Shown here: piece after piece, positions 25,526 through 39,060 of the stretch
Layout: each line of letters begins with the position of its first letter
How positions within the stretch are numbered: position 1 is the stretch's first letter
Source of the DNA: Mobula hypostoma
Lineage: Eukaryota
Length of the DNA: 64,000 nucleotides
Reading direction: 5' to 3'
Assembly: GCF_963921235.1 (NCBI RefSeq)
Contig: NC_086097.1
Coordinates: forward strand, 132,310,001 to 132,374,000
Notes under the pieces: generated by a model
What the model saw: only the letters and a program-made list of their open reading frames with translations
What the model was told of the DNA's origin: nothing
The model's database searches: none
Translations under genes and position numbers: made by a program

Positions 25526-27340
25526 AAGTATTAGGCCCTCTCCTGCTCTGTTTAAGATGGGGATTTGTAATATTTTGTATGTTCTCCTTTAAGATGTAAT
25601 TATCTATACCACATGAGTATATCACTACATGTGTGTACTGAACTGGCTGGAACTCTCAGGATGTTTGGAGTAGGCACTCTCCCTCTGTCCCTCTCAGTCT
25701 TTTATATAATAAAGCACTTAGTTTACTTTACTTAACCATTTGAAAGTGTTATTAATATAAGGTCCATCTCAGTCTACATTAGAATTGGTGACAAATCTGT
25801 GTGAGTTTACCAGTCGTACTCAAGATACATTTGGGGAATATATCACTAACTCCAAACAGTAACTACAAAGAAATACTTCGTGGTTACGATAAATTGGTGG
25901 ACAATAACTAAAGAATGTTATTGAAATTTTGCATCCAATTGGGGAAGAGGTTAATTGTGTATTAGTAAATAAAAGTTTGGATAGGTACATGGCTTTTAGA
26001 GGTATGGAGGGCTATGTTCTTGATGCAGATCGATGGAAGTAGGCAATTTCAATGGTTCGGCATGGACTAGATGGGCCAAAGGGCCTGTTTCTATTGTGTA
26101 TTTTTCTAAGTCTATGACTCTAAACATAAAATTAAACAGGAAGGTAGTGGGAATTGGTAAAATTTGTAAAAAGGGAATAAGGAACAAGAGGAGGCTATTC
26201 AGCCCTCATCTGTTCTACTATCCAGAAGAGGAATGCCTTAGCTTATGTTAATTGCATCCTTTCTACTTCAACAAATTCCATTCTAATAAAATCTATCAAT
26301 TTCAAATTTGAATTTTCCAGTTTATCCTTGGCCCAGACAGTTTTTTGTGATTAGTAGTCAGATTTCGACCCTAAAGAATGAGAAGAAATGTTTCCTCCCC
26401 ATATAACTTGGCTCGAATTTTAAAGTTCTTCCTCTGGATGCCATTCCCCCTCCCTCATCTAGCTCTCGTAACAGTCCTTTCATTGTTTACTGCCTCAGTT
26501 AGACCACCCTTTAATCAACATCCAGGGGAAATGTACATAGATTTAATCTCAACATCATTTTATAAATCTGTATTCCTCCAAAAGCAATAGGAAAACAACC
26601 TAAATATGAACACAGGACTGTAGGTAAACTTCAGCCAGGGTTTCGTCTAACTCTTTGAGGGCAAAGACAATAAGCTATTAGATTTAAGGATTTTTTTTCT
26701 GCTGTTTCTTTACCTGCTTTAAATCATTTCCAATAGGTTAATCATCTCAACACCTTCCATTAGATCTCAAGTGAATGCCAAAGACTAGTTTATGAAACCT
26801 GTTCATCTGATTTAATGCGTTCAATATTTTAAAGATTGGGGACAGAATTGTTAAAGATTTACTAAGGGTGGAGGTGTAGTTTTTAGTAAAATAAAGGCTA
26901 GGGAAAAGAAATGAAAAATGGAGATTATTTTTATAAAGAGTAGAATGCTGCATCAGGAAGGGGTAAAATAGGACTACAAAGGAAATAAATAGCTATAACC
27001 AGAACAAGTACCATTAATCAGTACAAACTTGAAGAAATAGTTTAATAACTTGGGTATCATCATTTAACATCTTCCCACATCCAGCAACGATCTAAAGATA
27101 AATGCTGCAGCTGCAACTTAAAGAAAATTAAACACAGACACTAAACAGCAAAATGAGTCAGAGAAACAGAAAAAAGACCTGAGTTTCTGTTGAACAGGCA
27201 GCTCATTTGAGCATCGACGATCATTTTAAGTGGTGTTCCAGTAAGGTAGGATGTGAGACAACTATTTTTTGCATACCAAGATTCCATAAACAGCAGTGCG
27301 ATACCAACCACATAATTTGTTTCAGTGATATTGGCTGACA

Positions 27341-27354
27341 TCACTAGATGGCAG
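27341..27354 (+). promoter_or_regulatory. Putative CTCF site
   Basis: TCACTAGATGGCAG, one mismatch to CCASYAGRKGGCRS, in unique sequence. Confidence 0.4.
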
Positions 27355-28235
27355 GACTACTAGGCTATTAAGTCAAACTAGGCCTTTACTTGTTTGAAGT
27401 TGGGAGAGCTCTGATTGAAGTGTACAAAATTCTGACAGGATTTATCAGGCTGGATTCGGAGTGGATCTTTCTTCCAGCAGGGGGAAGACCATAGGACATG
27501 GCAGCAAAAATATGCCATTTGACCTATCTTTTGGTGATCTAGAGCCAGTAGTATCAGTCTCAGGATATATGGTAAAATAGGCAATTCTGTCACCTCTAGA
27601 ATTCACTGCCATATAGGTGGTAGAGATCAAGTTTTTACTATTTGAAGGGAATGGATAGATTCCTGGAATACAGTGGAATCAGGGTGTACAAGGAGAGACC
27701 AGGATTATATTGTGGAGACAGATCAGCCACAATTGAACCAGAATAAGCTTGAACGACTGAATGGACCACTTCTGCTCCTAATTATATTTCAACCTCTATG
27801 CTGAGAAATTGATATTGGCCGGGATTGTTCACTCTTGTTCTTGGAAATGGTGGCAAGGGATTTTGTGATGTACACTCACAAAAGCAAGAGACAGGACTGG
27901 AATTTTAATACAGACAAGACTGAAAGATTACTGCTGGGCAGGGTTAGAAAACCAAGGTCACTTACAACACTGATCAACCATGTTTTAGTTGATTGTCACT
28001 TCATCCCGCATCATGTATTTTTGCTGCTGTGTATCTCTCTGGGATTCCATTGTTGTGTTAAACACATCATGTACATTAGAGATGTTGTGGACTTAACTCC
28101 CAAGCATATTATTAGACTCAGTCATGATATACTTTTCTGGGTTAGGATTACTATGAGAGTGATGCTGTAATAAATCAACAATGCTTCTCAATTCAGATCA
28201 CTGGCAATGGCAAAATAGCCTTTGAAAGCTGTGAG

Positions 28236-28516
28236 GAGGCACAGTGGTGTAGTGGTCAGCACAACGCTTTACAATAACGCAACCCAGGTTCAAATTCCAC
28301 CGCTGCTTGTACGGAGTTTGTACATTCTCCCAGGGAACACATAGGTTTCCTCCGGGTGCTCCAGTTTCTTCTCACATTCCAAAGACGCACCAGTTGGCAG
28401 GTTAATTAGTCGCTGTAAATTGTCCCGTGATTAGGCTGGGATTAAACTGGGGGATTTCTGGGCAGTGTGGCTCAAAGGACTACATTCCATGCTGTATCTC
28501 AATAAATAAAAAAAAG
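28236..28516 (+). mobile_element. tRNA-derived V-SINE (HE1-like), near complete
   Basis: A box tggtgtagtgg, B box ggttcaaattcc, V-domain ggagtttgtacattctccc...ggtttcctccgggtgctcc, A-rich tail. Confidence 0.85.
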
Positions 28517-28689
28517 TAGAGCATTTCCTTTCATGGGAAATGAATATCAATGATAACAATTATAGTAAGGATAACCTACACCCCTGGTCCAGAGAAACAA
28601 AGATTTCTAACCTTCGTATAATTCTCGTTACTCCACAGCAACATCTCTACCTTTCTCCTTTGCAATGTTTGGGAGAACATATTCTCCCT

Positions 28690-28960
28690 GAGTTTGAAGC
28701 TCATGGGTTCAGGTCCCACTCATTGACACTGGAACACAATGTCCTTCTAGTCCAGCACTGAGGGAGCACAGCACTGTCCTGAAAGCCATGTTGCAGATGA
28801 AACATTCAATTAATGTCCTTCACAGATACCAACATTTCAGAAGAATAGAAGAGTTTTTCTTTGCATCTGACTCTTATTTGTAACGACCAATATCATTAAA
28901 GGAGATTAAATGGATATTATCTCATTGCTGGCTGTGTACTATATGATCAAAGCATTAAAT
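28690..28960 (+). mobile_element. Deu-SINE-like repeat
   Basis: gggttcaggtcccact B box; cagcactgagggagcacagcactgtc. Confidence 0.6.
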
Positions 28961-29019
28961 AACCATACAACCAGGAATATCATTAAATATGCAATATAAA
29001 TGTAAACCTTTACCATTTC

Positions 29020-30017
29020 AGAGTCGGAATCAGGTTTATTATCACCGACAGGTGTCGTGAAATTTGTTAACTTAGCAGCAGCAGTACTATGCAATACATG
29101 ATAATATAGAAAGAAAAAAAAATGAATATGTAAATCAGTTACAGTTAGTATACAGTATATATGTGTATTAAATAGTTAAACCAAAAATAGTGCAAACAGA
29201 AGTACTATATATTAAAAGAAAAGTGAGGTAGTGCTCATGGGTTCAGTGGCCATTTAGGAATCGGATGGAAGAGGGGAAGAAGCCTTTCCTGAATTGCTCA
29301 GCGTGTGCTTTCAGGCTTCCATACCTCCTTCCTAATAGTAACAATGAGAAGAAGGCATGCCCTGGGTGGTGGGGTTTCTTAATAATGGATGCCGCTTTAC
29401 TGAGGCATTGCTCCTTGAAGCTGTCTTGGATGCTACGGAGGCTAGTACCCAAGACGGAGCTGACTAATTTTACAACCTTCTGTAGCTTATTTCAATCCTG
29501 TGCAGTAACACCCCCCACCTCCCCCCCATACCAGACGGTGATGCAGCCTGTGAGAATGCTCTCCGCAGTACATCCATAGAAAATTTTGAGTGTTTTAGAT
29601 GACAAAGCAAATCTCTTCAAACTCCTAAAGAAATATAGCCACTGTCTTGCCTTCTTTATTGCTGTCGATATGTTGGGACCAGGCTAGGTCCTCAGAGATC
29701 TTAACACCAAGGAACTTGAAGCTGCTCACTCTCTCCACTTCTGATACCTCTGTGAGGATTGGTTTGTGTTCCCTCGTCTTACCCTTCATGAAGTTCACAA
29801 TCAGCTCTTTCATCTTACTGACATTGAGTGCAAAGTTGTTGACATGACACCACTCAACTAGCTGATATACCTTGCTCCTGTATACCCAGTCTTCTCCATC
29901 TGAGTTTCTACCAACAATGGTTGCGTTATCAGCAAATTTATAGATGGCATTTGAGCTATACCTAGCCAGGCAATCAGACAGGGAGTAATGCAGTGGACTT
30001 AGCACACACCCCTGAGA
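29020..30017 (-). mobile_element. Rex1/Babar LINE 3' portion
   Basis: QGCVLSPL, KFADNATIVG, VEWC..NNFALNVSK.KELIV.F, FKFLGV.ISEDL.W, HPGHAFFSLL..GRRY. Confidence 0.9.
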
Positions 30018-30121
30018 TCGTTGATTTATAATCTGCAAAATTCTAACTCAAAATCATTTAGAATCCTGAATCTGTAACATAAACTGATACATTCAGAATT
30101 TATGACACCTTATTTATGTAA

Positions 30122-30255
30122 AACATCACAAAGTGCTGGAGGAACTCAACAAGCCAGCCAGCATCTATGGAAAAGAGTAAACAGTCAACATTTTGAGCTG
30201 ACAGCCTTCATCAGGACTGGAAAGGAAGGCAGAAGGAGCCAGAATGAAAAAGGTG
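30122..30255 (-). mobile_element. PLE pLTR
   Basis: tgctggaggaactca...ccttcatcaggact; AT-rich flanking repeat tatttatgta. Confidence 0.7.
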
Positions 30256-30473
30256 TATTTATGTATTTATTTATGTAACAGTAATTGATGTTCGGGAACA
30301 TTTGTGATCCTATTTATGGAACACCAATGAATACTAAAGTAAGAAATTATAGAAAATGCTCAGCAGCTCAGTCTGCATCTGTTGAAAAGAAAGGAGAGTT
30401 CATATTTTGAATCAAAAACTGTTCATCCGAACTAGGAAAGAGAGAAAACATCAGTGTTTAGTTGTAGAGAGGT

Positions 30474-31678
30474 GGAGTTCTTTAAGGAGCTGACCAGGCA
30501 TATAGATGAGGGTAGTGCAGTGGATGTGATCTACATGGATTTTAGTAAGGCATTTCACAAGGCTCCACACGGTAGGCTTATTCAGAAAGTCAGAAGGTAT
30601 GGGATCCAAGGAAGTTTGGCCAGGTGGATTCAGAATTAGCTCGCCTGCAGAAAGCAGAGGGTCATGGTGGAGGGAGTACATTTGGATTGGAGGGTTATGA
30701 CTAGTGGTGTCCCACAAGGATCGGTTCTGGGACCTCTCCTTTTTGTGATTTTTATTAACGACCTGGATGTGGGAGTAGAAGGGTGGGTTGGCAAGTTTGC
30801 AGACGACACAAAGGTTGGAGGTGTTGTGGATAGTGTAGAGGATTGTCGAAGATTGCAGCGAGGCATTGATAGGATGCAGAAGTTGGCTGAGAATTGGCAG
30901 GTGGAGTTCAACCCAGAGAAGTATGAGGTGGTACACTTTGAAAAGACAAACTCCAAGGCAGAGTACAAAGTAAATGGCAGGATACTTGGTAGTGTGGAGA
31001 AGCAGAGGGATCCCTGAAAGGTGCCTCACAGATAGATGGGGTAGTTAAGAAAGCTTATGGGGTGTTAGCTTTTATAAACCGAGGGATAGTGTTTAAGAGT
31101 CGTGGGGTAATGAAGCAGCCCTATAAAACTCTGGTTAGGCCACACTTACAGTACTGTGTCCAGTTCTGGTCACCTTACTATAGGAAGGACGTGGAAGCAT
31201 TGGAAAAGATACAGGAGATTTACCAGAATGCTGCCTGGTTTAGAAAGTATGGATTATGATCAGAGATTAAGGGAGCTAGGGCTTTACTCTTTGGAGAGAA
31301 GGAGGATGAGAGGAGACGTAATAGAGGTATACAAGATAGTTAGAGGAATAGATAGAACGGACAGCCAGTCCTTCTTCCCCAGGGCACCTCTGCTCAGTAC
31401 AAGAGGAGATGGCTTTAAGGTAAGGGGTGAGAAGTTCAAGGGGGATATTAGAGGAAGGTTTTTTACTCAGAGAGTGGCTGGTGCATGGAATGCACTGCCT
31501 GAGTCAGTGGTGGAGGCAGACACACTAGTGATATTTAAGAGACTGCTAGACAGGTATATGGAGGAATTTAAGGTGGGGGGTTATATGGGTGGTAGGTTTT
31601 AAGGGTCGGCACAACATTGTGGGCCAAAGGGCCTGTGCTGTGCTGTACTATACTATGTTCTAAATGTTCTATGTTCTA
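30474..31678 (+). mobile_element. Young 5'-truncated CR1
   Basis: SGVPQGSVLGPLLFVIFINDLD, KFADDTK, RPHLQYCVQFWSP; (ctatgtt)n tail; very similar to 53990-54631. Confidence 0.95.
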
Positions 31679-31839
31679 AGAGGGATGAGGTTGGCAAGTG
31701 GAATATATCCAATAAATTGAAGGCAAGGTTACTCTGGATATTCTGCATCTGTCAGATTGATAGGTTAGTGAGGGCGTGAGAGAGGGAGAGAACAAACAAA
31801 GGAACATGGAAAAGGTGTGAAAAGCAAGTCAGAGCAGTT

Positions 31840-32751
31840 GGTGATGATGACTAGTTCTTCACTTGCGAAGATCAGGAGGGAAGAAGAGTCCTCAGGAGTG
31901 ATGGCACAATTGTTGGTGACTGTTGAGGCCAATTCTGGATCTGCAGACTCTGGAACTGGAGGGATATGGGAACAACTGGGACCTAGGTGCTTGGGTAGCA
32001 GGATCTTCCTTGCATCTTCTCTTCAGCAATCGCTCTTCAGGACTCCTCAATATTCTTGGCTGCTCTGTGGATTGGTGTTCTCCAGCAGTCTCTGCCACAA
32101 GCCAGCTGCTGCCACTCATTGATCTTGATATTTTCCTGAGGGAGCTCCTGCTTCAGATGGTCTTTGTACATCTTGTGCAGGGCACCACAATCTACCTTGC
32201 CCTGAGAGAGTTTTCCGTAGAGTACTGCTTTCGGCAATCTGGAGTTGGCTATGCAAGACACATGGCCTGATCAGCAGAGCTGTCTGAGCAGCAAAGTGGC
32301 TTCAATGATTGGAAGCTGCGCCTTCTCCAGGACCTCATAGTTGGAGACACGATCCTGCCGGCTGATACGCATGATGGAGCTCGAGCAACTGGATTTGCTT
32401 ATGGTACAAGACCCAGGCTTTGGAGCTGTATAACAGTGTTGTGACAGTGGCAGCCCCGTACACCTGGATTTTTATGGACTGGCACAGCTGGTGGTTCTTC
32501 CATACATATTTCTGAAGACAATGCTAGCTCTAGCGAGTCAACTGTCAACATCCCTTTCTACCACAGCCTGGAGATGACGCTGCCCAGGTAGGTGAACTGC
32601 TCAACTGTGGTGAGAGGATGGTCGTCAATGATTGGTCGTAAATGCCATGAAGGGGCTTCTGATGGAAGTTCATTGTTTTCTTCAGACTGACCATCAACCC
32701 CAAAGCCCCTTGCAGCCTTGGTGAGCTGAGTGACTGCGGCCTATCGTGAGT

Positions 32752-32809
<58 letters not shown>

Positions 32810-34548
32810 TAGAGCATGGTCAACCACATATAGTAGCTCGTGAATGGGCTCTTACATGGTTTTTGTTCGGGCGCAATGGCGACGGAGGTTGAAGATATTT
32901 CTGTCAGTGCTGAACTGAATGTAGGTGCTCTCCGAGGTGGGCTCTTTCGCTTCCCGTGGCATGATGATGAAAAATATGGCAAAGAGCATTGGTGCCAAAA
33001 TACAGCCTTGTTCCATGCCGGTACTGATAGGGAATGGGTCAGACAGGTCACTGTTGTGCTTAACCTGACTGCTTTGGCTTTCATGGAGCTGCTGCAGGAT
33101 GGAGGGGAGTTTCGGGGGACAGCTGAGTTTCGACAGAGGCAATCGCAGCTGAGTGTATCAAAGGCCTTGGTCAGGTCAATGAAGGCCGCATACAGTCCCA
33201 TGATCTGTTCACAACACTTCTCCTGTATCTGGCACAGGATGAAGATCGTGTCAATGTGCCTCTGTCCACTCTGAATCCGCACTGACTCTCCGTGAGGTTG
33301 CCTTTGGCAATGGTAGGGATGATTCTGCATAAGAGGATTTTGGCAAGGATCTTCCCGGTAGTGGACAGCAGGATAACACCCCTGTAGTTCGAGAAATCCG
33401 ATTTCTCCCCTTTGTTCTTGTACAGTGTGACAATTATTGTATTAAGTAGGTCATTTGGGACTGAACCTTTCTCCCAAAAGAATGTGAACAAGTTTGTGAG
33501 TTCGCTCAGAGAATGTCTCCGCCATTTTGTACACCTCTGCTGGGATCCCATCAATCCTATGGGGCTTTGTGGCATGTCAGCTTGAAAATAGCAACTTTGA
33601 CCTTGCCCAGAGTTGGAGGGCCATCAAGCTTAAGACTGACCTCATGCTGGGGGTCATTACAATGGATGCGTCTTGTATTTGACAATTAGCCCTGAAAAGG
33701 CTCTTGTAAAGCCCTCTCCATCACTTCATGATGGGTTCCTTGTCTGTTAGCAGGCTGGAGCCAGCGGATGAGCATAGAGGGGCTTAAATCTGATGAAGTC
33801 AGACCGTACCGTATACTATGCACAGCGATTCGTAGAAGGCTTGAGTGTTGCTGGTGTCGGCATAGTGCTACGCTTGTTCTGTTAGGGCAGTCCAACAATT
33901 GTTCTGCATCTGTCTCAGAGGGTGCTGCATGCAGCTCTGTTTTCTGCCTTGGCCACTTGGTCATCGAATCTAAACAGCGCCACTTGATGGGAGGAGTATT
34001 TTTTCTGAAGCAGGTTCCAGATTTCAATGTCGTTTTCATAAAACCCGTCCTTGTTTCTTCTTGAGGAGTACCCAACTACCTCAATAGCCATATCTTTGAT
34101 GGCAGTCTTCTGGTGCTCTCACTTCTTTCCTGTGTCGGAGTCTGCACTTGAGGAGCCTTTGCCAGCCATTTTCTCCCTTAGCTTGATCTGGAATACATCT
34201 CAGAGGCTAAACAGTTTATCCACCTAGAGTCTCATCAACTATGGTCCCTTTCTCTTATTGGCGGCTTGATAGCCAGCCTGACTTTCGCCCTGACCAGTCT
34301 GTCATCCATATAACAGTTTGCACTCGACATGACCCTGGTGTGTGGAACAGCCAACATATCCTTTTGGTGCACCAAGATGTAGTCCAGGAGGTGCCAGTGT
34401 TTGGATTGGGGATGTCTCCAGGTCATCTTGGACCTGGCTTTCTGTTGAAACTGGGGACTTGTTATAACCAGGACTAATTCTGTGCAGAGCTCCAGGAATA
34501 TCCTCCCGCTGTTGTTGCAGTTTCTGACTGACACCTTCATGACCTAAG
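31840..34548 (-). mobile_element. Long decayed RTE-clade LINE (EN + RT)
   Basis: MTWRHPQSKHWHLLDYILV; KNKGEKSD.SNYRG..LLST.GKILAKILL; ESQCGFR; FIDLTKAFD; QGCILAP.LF; stem-loop and (cat)n 3' end. Confidence 0.9.
32754..32802. repeat. (GT)n microsatellite inside the RTE
   Basis: Directly visible. Confidence 0.95.
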
Positions 34549-34760
34549 ACTGAGTAGGTAATACTCAGAAAATCTGACAGTGTCTGTAGGATGTGAAAAC
34601 CCTGAGTTAATATTGCTGGTGGACAACCATGGTAGAACTGGACAGTTCTGCCACCGAGAGAAAAATCATTATGTCAAATTGTTGAATTTGGTGTTGTGTC
34701 CGAAAGACGGGAACATGCATTCAGGATATTTGGGAATCTGTTTATATAACACCAACTGAT

Positions 34761-35501
34761 AGGTTCAATAGGTTCAATTTAATGTCAGAAAAATGTATAC
34801 AATATACATCCTGAAATTCTTTTTCTTCACAAATATCCATGAAAACAGAAGTGTCCCAAAGAATGAATGACAATTAAATTTTAGAACCCCATAACCCCCC
34901 AGCTCCCCCTCCAACGCATAAGCAGCAGCAAAGCAACAACCCCCACTCCCACCCGCAATAAAGCATCTGCACCCGCCAATGAGCACTCAAGCGTGCAGCA
35001 AAGCATCAATAAATACCCACACTTGCAAAATCCCAAAGACTGTTCGTTCACCCAGTAATTCGACATACCACAGGCTCTCTCTCTCCCTAATAAGGGAAAA
35101 AAAGGTGTCCCAGTTTCACAGCCAGAGGGGAGGCATAACAAAATCACTTGCCGATTTACGGTGTTAGAAGTCTGTTGTGTCGCTTTTTCCGAGCTCTGTG
35201 CCCAAAGATCTCGGGTCTCTGGGTACACAGCCAGCATCCAGCTCGCTGCTTACAATCTCCTGTCTCCCACGACACACCAGTTTTCTGCGGCAGCACTGAC
35301 CTCGAATCCGCCCGCCTCCAGCACCCTGAAAGCACACTAGTCTTCTAGGTTGTGTCCTTGGCATATCAAAAAACAGCCAGTCGTGAGGCCCTGAGAGCAG
35401 GCGCCATTCCTGCAAAGAACCAAAGTCAGCGTGTAACTCCACGTCAGGGTCTTCAAAAGAACCCTGAACAGGAAAAAATGAGATTTTAAAGATAGAAATA
35501 G
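34761..35501 (-). mobile_element. Non-coding retroposon (5'-truncated)
   Basis: Tandem 3' tail (ataggttca)x2; candidate TSD aactgat at 34754-34760 and 35502-35508; no recognisable protein. Confidence 0.55.
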
Positions 35502-36949
35502 AACTGATGCATGGAGATTAATCAAGACCTATCTATGGAACACCAAATGACCCATTTTGAATATTCATTCAATGTTTTGAGAGATGGAGAGTTTCAATAA
35601 TACTTTTTTTTAACCACCAAGAACAGAATGAGTCAAAGATCCACATTCCATGTTGTGAATGTCTATGTCCTTATATGTAAATGTAATCAAGATCTGGTAA
35701 GACTACTGTAATGAGTTTCCAGGACTCAAAGTGATCTGGTTTGAACTGTGAACTCATAATTGAAGGCATCTCTAGCTTAAACCATCTCCTATTAAATGCA
35801 CTTCATATTCTTTGCCTACATTTGCAAAAATGTGTGTATCTTTTGTTATCATTATTAAAACTGATAGTATTGGATATTGGCGCTAAAAGGACAAGCAGAA
35901 TAAAAGGAAGACATTTGGAATATTTAATACACTGGCAAAGCCACATCATATATTTTATTTAATTGGTTTCCACTCATAACAATAGGAATGTACTGGGCTG
36001 TGGCAGAAGCAGTGTCGGTATGAACAATAGGCAATGTATCTATTATCTTAACATCCAGGAAGGTCAGAGGCCTATGACAGTCTGAGTAGGAGAAACATTT
36101 GAAATCATGTGCAATTTAATCTTTACACAAATAAAGGTAAGTATTGCATTGTCTGAGCAATGAGAAAGCAAGTCTGCCCCAGAGGATGTTCTTCATCTTC
36201 TTTGCTGAGTTGTTCCAATATACTTTTGCTATGAGATTCACTCACTCTGCTGACACAACTATTAATAGCATTTTGGATCTGAGTGTACAGATATACGAAA
36301 GTAATTGCAAACAATGCAGCTGGAAGTTAGCCCTTCTTTCACTTGCTCATCACCAGCACCAGGGTGTCAGCTCACCAAGGCTATTGTGCTTGGAATGAGC
36401 TATCAGGGTAACAATGAAAGCAAAGTTAACCCTTTGTTGGCTGCTTCAGTGGGCCTTCCAGTGTGAGATTGTTGTGCGGTTGTAAAGAGAGTGTCTGGGT
36501 CAGAGGAGCAGCTTAGGGATCACTGGGGCCAAACCTCCTTGGTTGTTACTGTGGCTGTAAAGGCAGAGTTCAACTTCCCTCCCCCTTAAACAAGTGCCAA
36601 ACCCATCATATGTGCAGCGTGTGATGGATGGAGACAACCTGTGTTTCTGTCGCTCCACAATGTCACCTAACTCTCTCTCCCATCGCCCCATTCACCCTAA
36701 TAACCTCCACTATATTTTTCCTCACTTCACACCCCTGTGTCCTACGCCATCTTCTCCCCTGTTTCTTCCATATCCCCCTCTTCCTTCTCTGCCTCATATC
36801 TCCCAAGCCCTGTCTCCAGTCCAGATGAAGAGTCTTGATTCAAAATGCCTACTGTTCATTTCCCTCCACAAGTGCAGCCTGAAGTATTTTCCTCCAGCAA
36901 TTTATTCTTATTTGCTCCAGAAACCAGCATCTGCAATCTCTTCTCCCTC

Positions 36950-37320
36950 CAGTCTCACATCTCTTCTCCTTCATCCCTTCTGTGTCACCTCAATCCCCTC
37001 CAATTTCTCCCTTCTCTTTCCTGTCCGTCTCCTCTGTCTCCTACCTCCTCCCTCATTCCTATTCTCAAACACACTCATTCTGCTGTCTTCCCTCAATCTC
37101 ACTCTCCTCCTATATCCTGCCTTTCCCATCTCAGTCTCCTACTCCCTCTCCCTCTCCTACTCCCTCTCCCTCTCATCGCTCTATCCCTCTCTCAATCCCC
37201 TCTCATTTCTCCCTTCTCTTTCATGTCCATCAACTCTGTCTCCTGCCTCCACCCTCTTTCCTATTCTCAAACACACTCTCCCCTCACTCTCCCCTCTCTT
37301 TCTCCCTCCCTCTCTCTAAT
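36950..37320. repeat. CT-rich low-complexity tract with an internal ~45-bp duplication
   Basis: ctctgtctcct..ttcctattctcaaacacactc at ~37033 and ~37234. Confidence 0.85.
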
Positions 37321-37754
37321 TCTGTAGAATTCATCTCCATTTATTTGCACATGGACTATTGAAATGGAAGATGATATTAATATTTATTTTATAATTTGTC
37401 AAATTAGATTTAATTATTTCTATTTAATAGATTTTTGGTCAATATCTTTAACCAAAAATATATATATTTTTTACTATTTTCAACAGTTTAAATAGTCCTC
37501 TAAGAAAGAGAGGCATTTAAGAACTTTATACCTCATGGAATTTGCCAGAAGACCGGGTTGTATGGCTAAAATGGCCATCTTCAGTGATCACCATGTTGAT
37601 CAGTGAGCCCTCACCAGCAGCTCACCTGATGTCTACTCACCGCTGGGACCTTAGTCTACCTCATCAATTCCTCCCGTGTGTATATGGACCAGGTAGGATG
37701 GAAGTAATGGAGAGGGAATGATCATCTGCTGGCAAGCAGGTAGTCATAGAATAA

Positions 37755-38280
37755 GTCAGTACAGAATAAGCCTCAAGGCACAGGTGGCCAGCTCTGGATG
37801 CCCCAGTTACCCTTATTTTTCCCATATCTAGCTAAACTTTTCCTATCCCTTTGTTTATCCAAATGGCTGTTAAATATTATTACTATATCCACCTCAGCTA
37901 CTTTCTCTAGCAGCTCAATCCATACTTGCACCATCATTTGTGTGAGTAAATTAAAAACATTCAGGTGCCTTTTAAATCTTTCCCTTAATACCTTAAACCT
38001 TAGCTCTCTAGTTTTTGCAAACACAAGAAAATCTCCGGATGCTGGAAATTCAAGCAGCACACACAAAATGCTGGTGGAATGCAGCAGGCCAGGCGTAGTC
38101 CTGTAGATACTGCCTGACCTGCTGTGTTCCACCGGCATTTTGTGTGTGCTGCTCTCTAGTTTTTGGTTCCCTTTTCCTGTGGAAAAGACTGTGTGGAGTT
38201 ACCCTATCTGTGCCCCTCATGATTTTAGACACCTCTTTAAGGCCACCCTCAGGACCTTGTATTCTAAGACATAAAGTCTA
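37755..38280 (-). mobile_element. CR1 3' fragment
   Basis: KIMRGTDRV...KTRE and LRFKVL.ERFK on the minus strand, split by a PLE hairpin. Confidence 0.8.
38018..38150 (-). mobile_element. Fold-back PLE mini-insertion
   Basis: Inverted arms ~38056-38092 and ~38111-38152; 15-bp TSD gctctctagtttttg at 38003-38017 and 38151-38165. Confidence 0.85.
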
Positions 38281-39060
38281 ATTTTATGAGACTTTCCACT
38301 GTTCCACTTTCCAGAAGTACAATCAGTCCAGATGAAGATGTCAATCTGAAATACCCATTATCCAGTTTCCTCCATAGACACGCCCTGATACACTAAGCTC
38401 CTCCAGCATCTTATGTGTTGCTTATGATTAGATCGTGATGGAATATTTGTGATTCCTAGATGTTTGGCTTGTTGGTGAGAATCACATTGTGGTTGGTTAC
38501 CAAGAATCCCCAGCATCAGCTTGTATTCATCAGTTGTATTGAAAGCTGATTCTATACACCATAGCACTGATGATCATGGCTCATCAATTCACCTTAGTAA
38601 GTAATGCCCACCTTAGCCAGTACCATTTACCCACCTGTATGGGTAACATATTGTATTTCCATGAGGTGAATTGATGGACTTTAGGCAAAACATAAAGGAT
38701 TGAAAGTCAAACAGATAGAATTGATTGAAGAGGCTGTTAGGAAACAAACATGAAATGCTAATATTGAAATAACCCTTTTGGGTTGAATGGCTTGTTCTGA
38801 TGCTTTATGTGTGTAACGTAGACATTAAGTTTCAATCCTTCCAATGATCGTGGATTACAACAATTACTGTTTTAACCAATACTTCTGTGTTACTTTTAAT
38901 GTCTGTCATCCTGTTGGCATATGAAGTACCAAATGATGCCATGACCTATTTCAAGGCTATATAAGAGTACAAATATTTCCCAAAAAATTGTTGTCTTAGT
39001 AAACTTCCCAAACCATTTTAAATTACTGTAAATAGCTTGAAGAATGTTTTTATAGATGTC

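Noticed and set aside
25566..25795. Short LTR-like stretch (tgtaat...aataaa...ctaca, then tggtgac)
   Set aside because: No TSD or second LTR, and the PBS spacing is poor; cannot be supported without a search.
27198..27245. 48-nt plus-strand micro-exon (AAHLSIDDHFKWCSSK)
   Set aside because: Only moderate splice signals and an unrecognised peptide.
28236..28310. tRNA gene
   Set aside because: The A/B boxes belong to a V-SINE head that continues into the V-domain.
36594..37319. 241-aa ORF
   Set aside because: L/S/P-rich product of a CT-rich tract and a PLE fragment; all three frames are open because stop codons are scarce.
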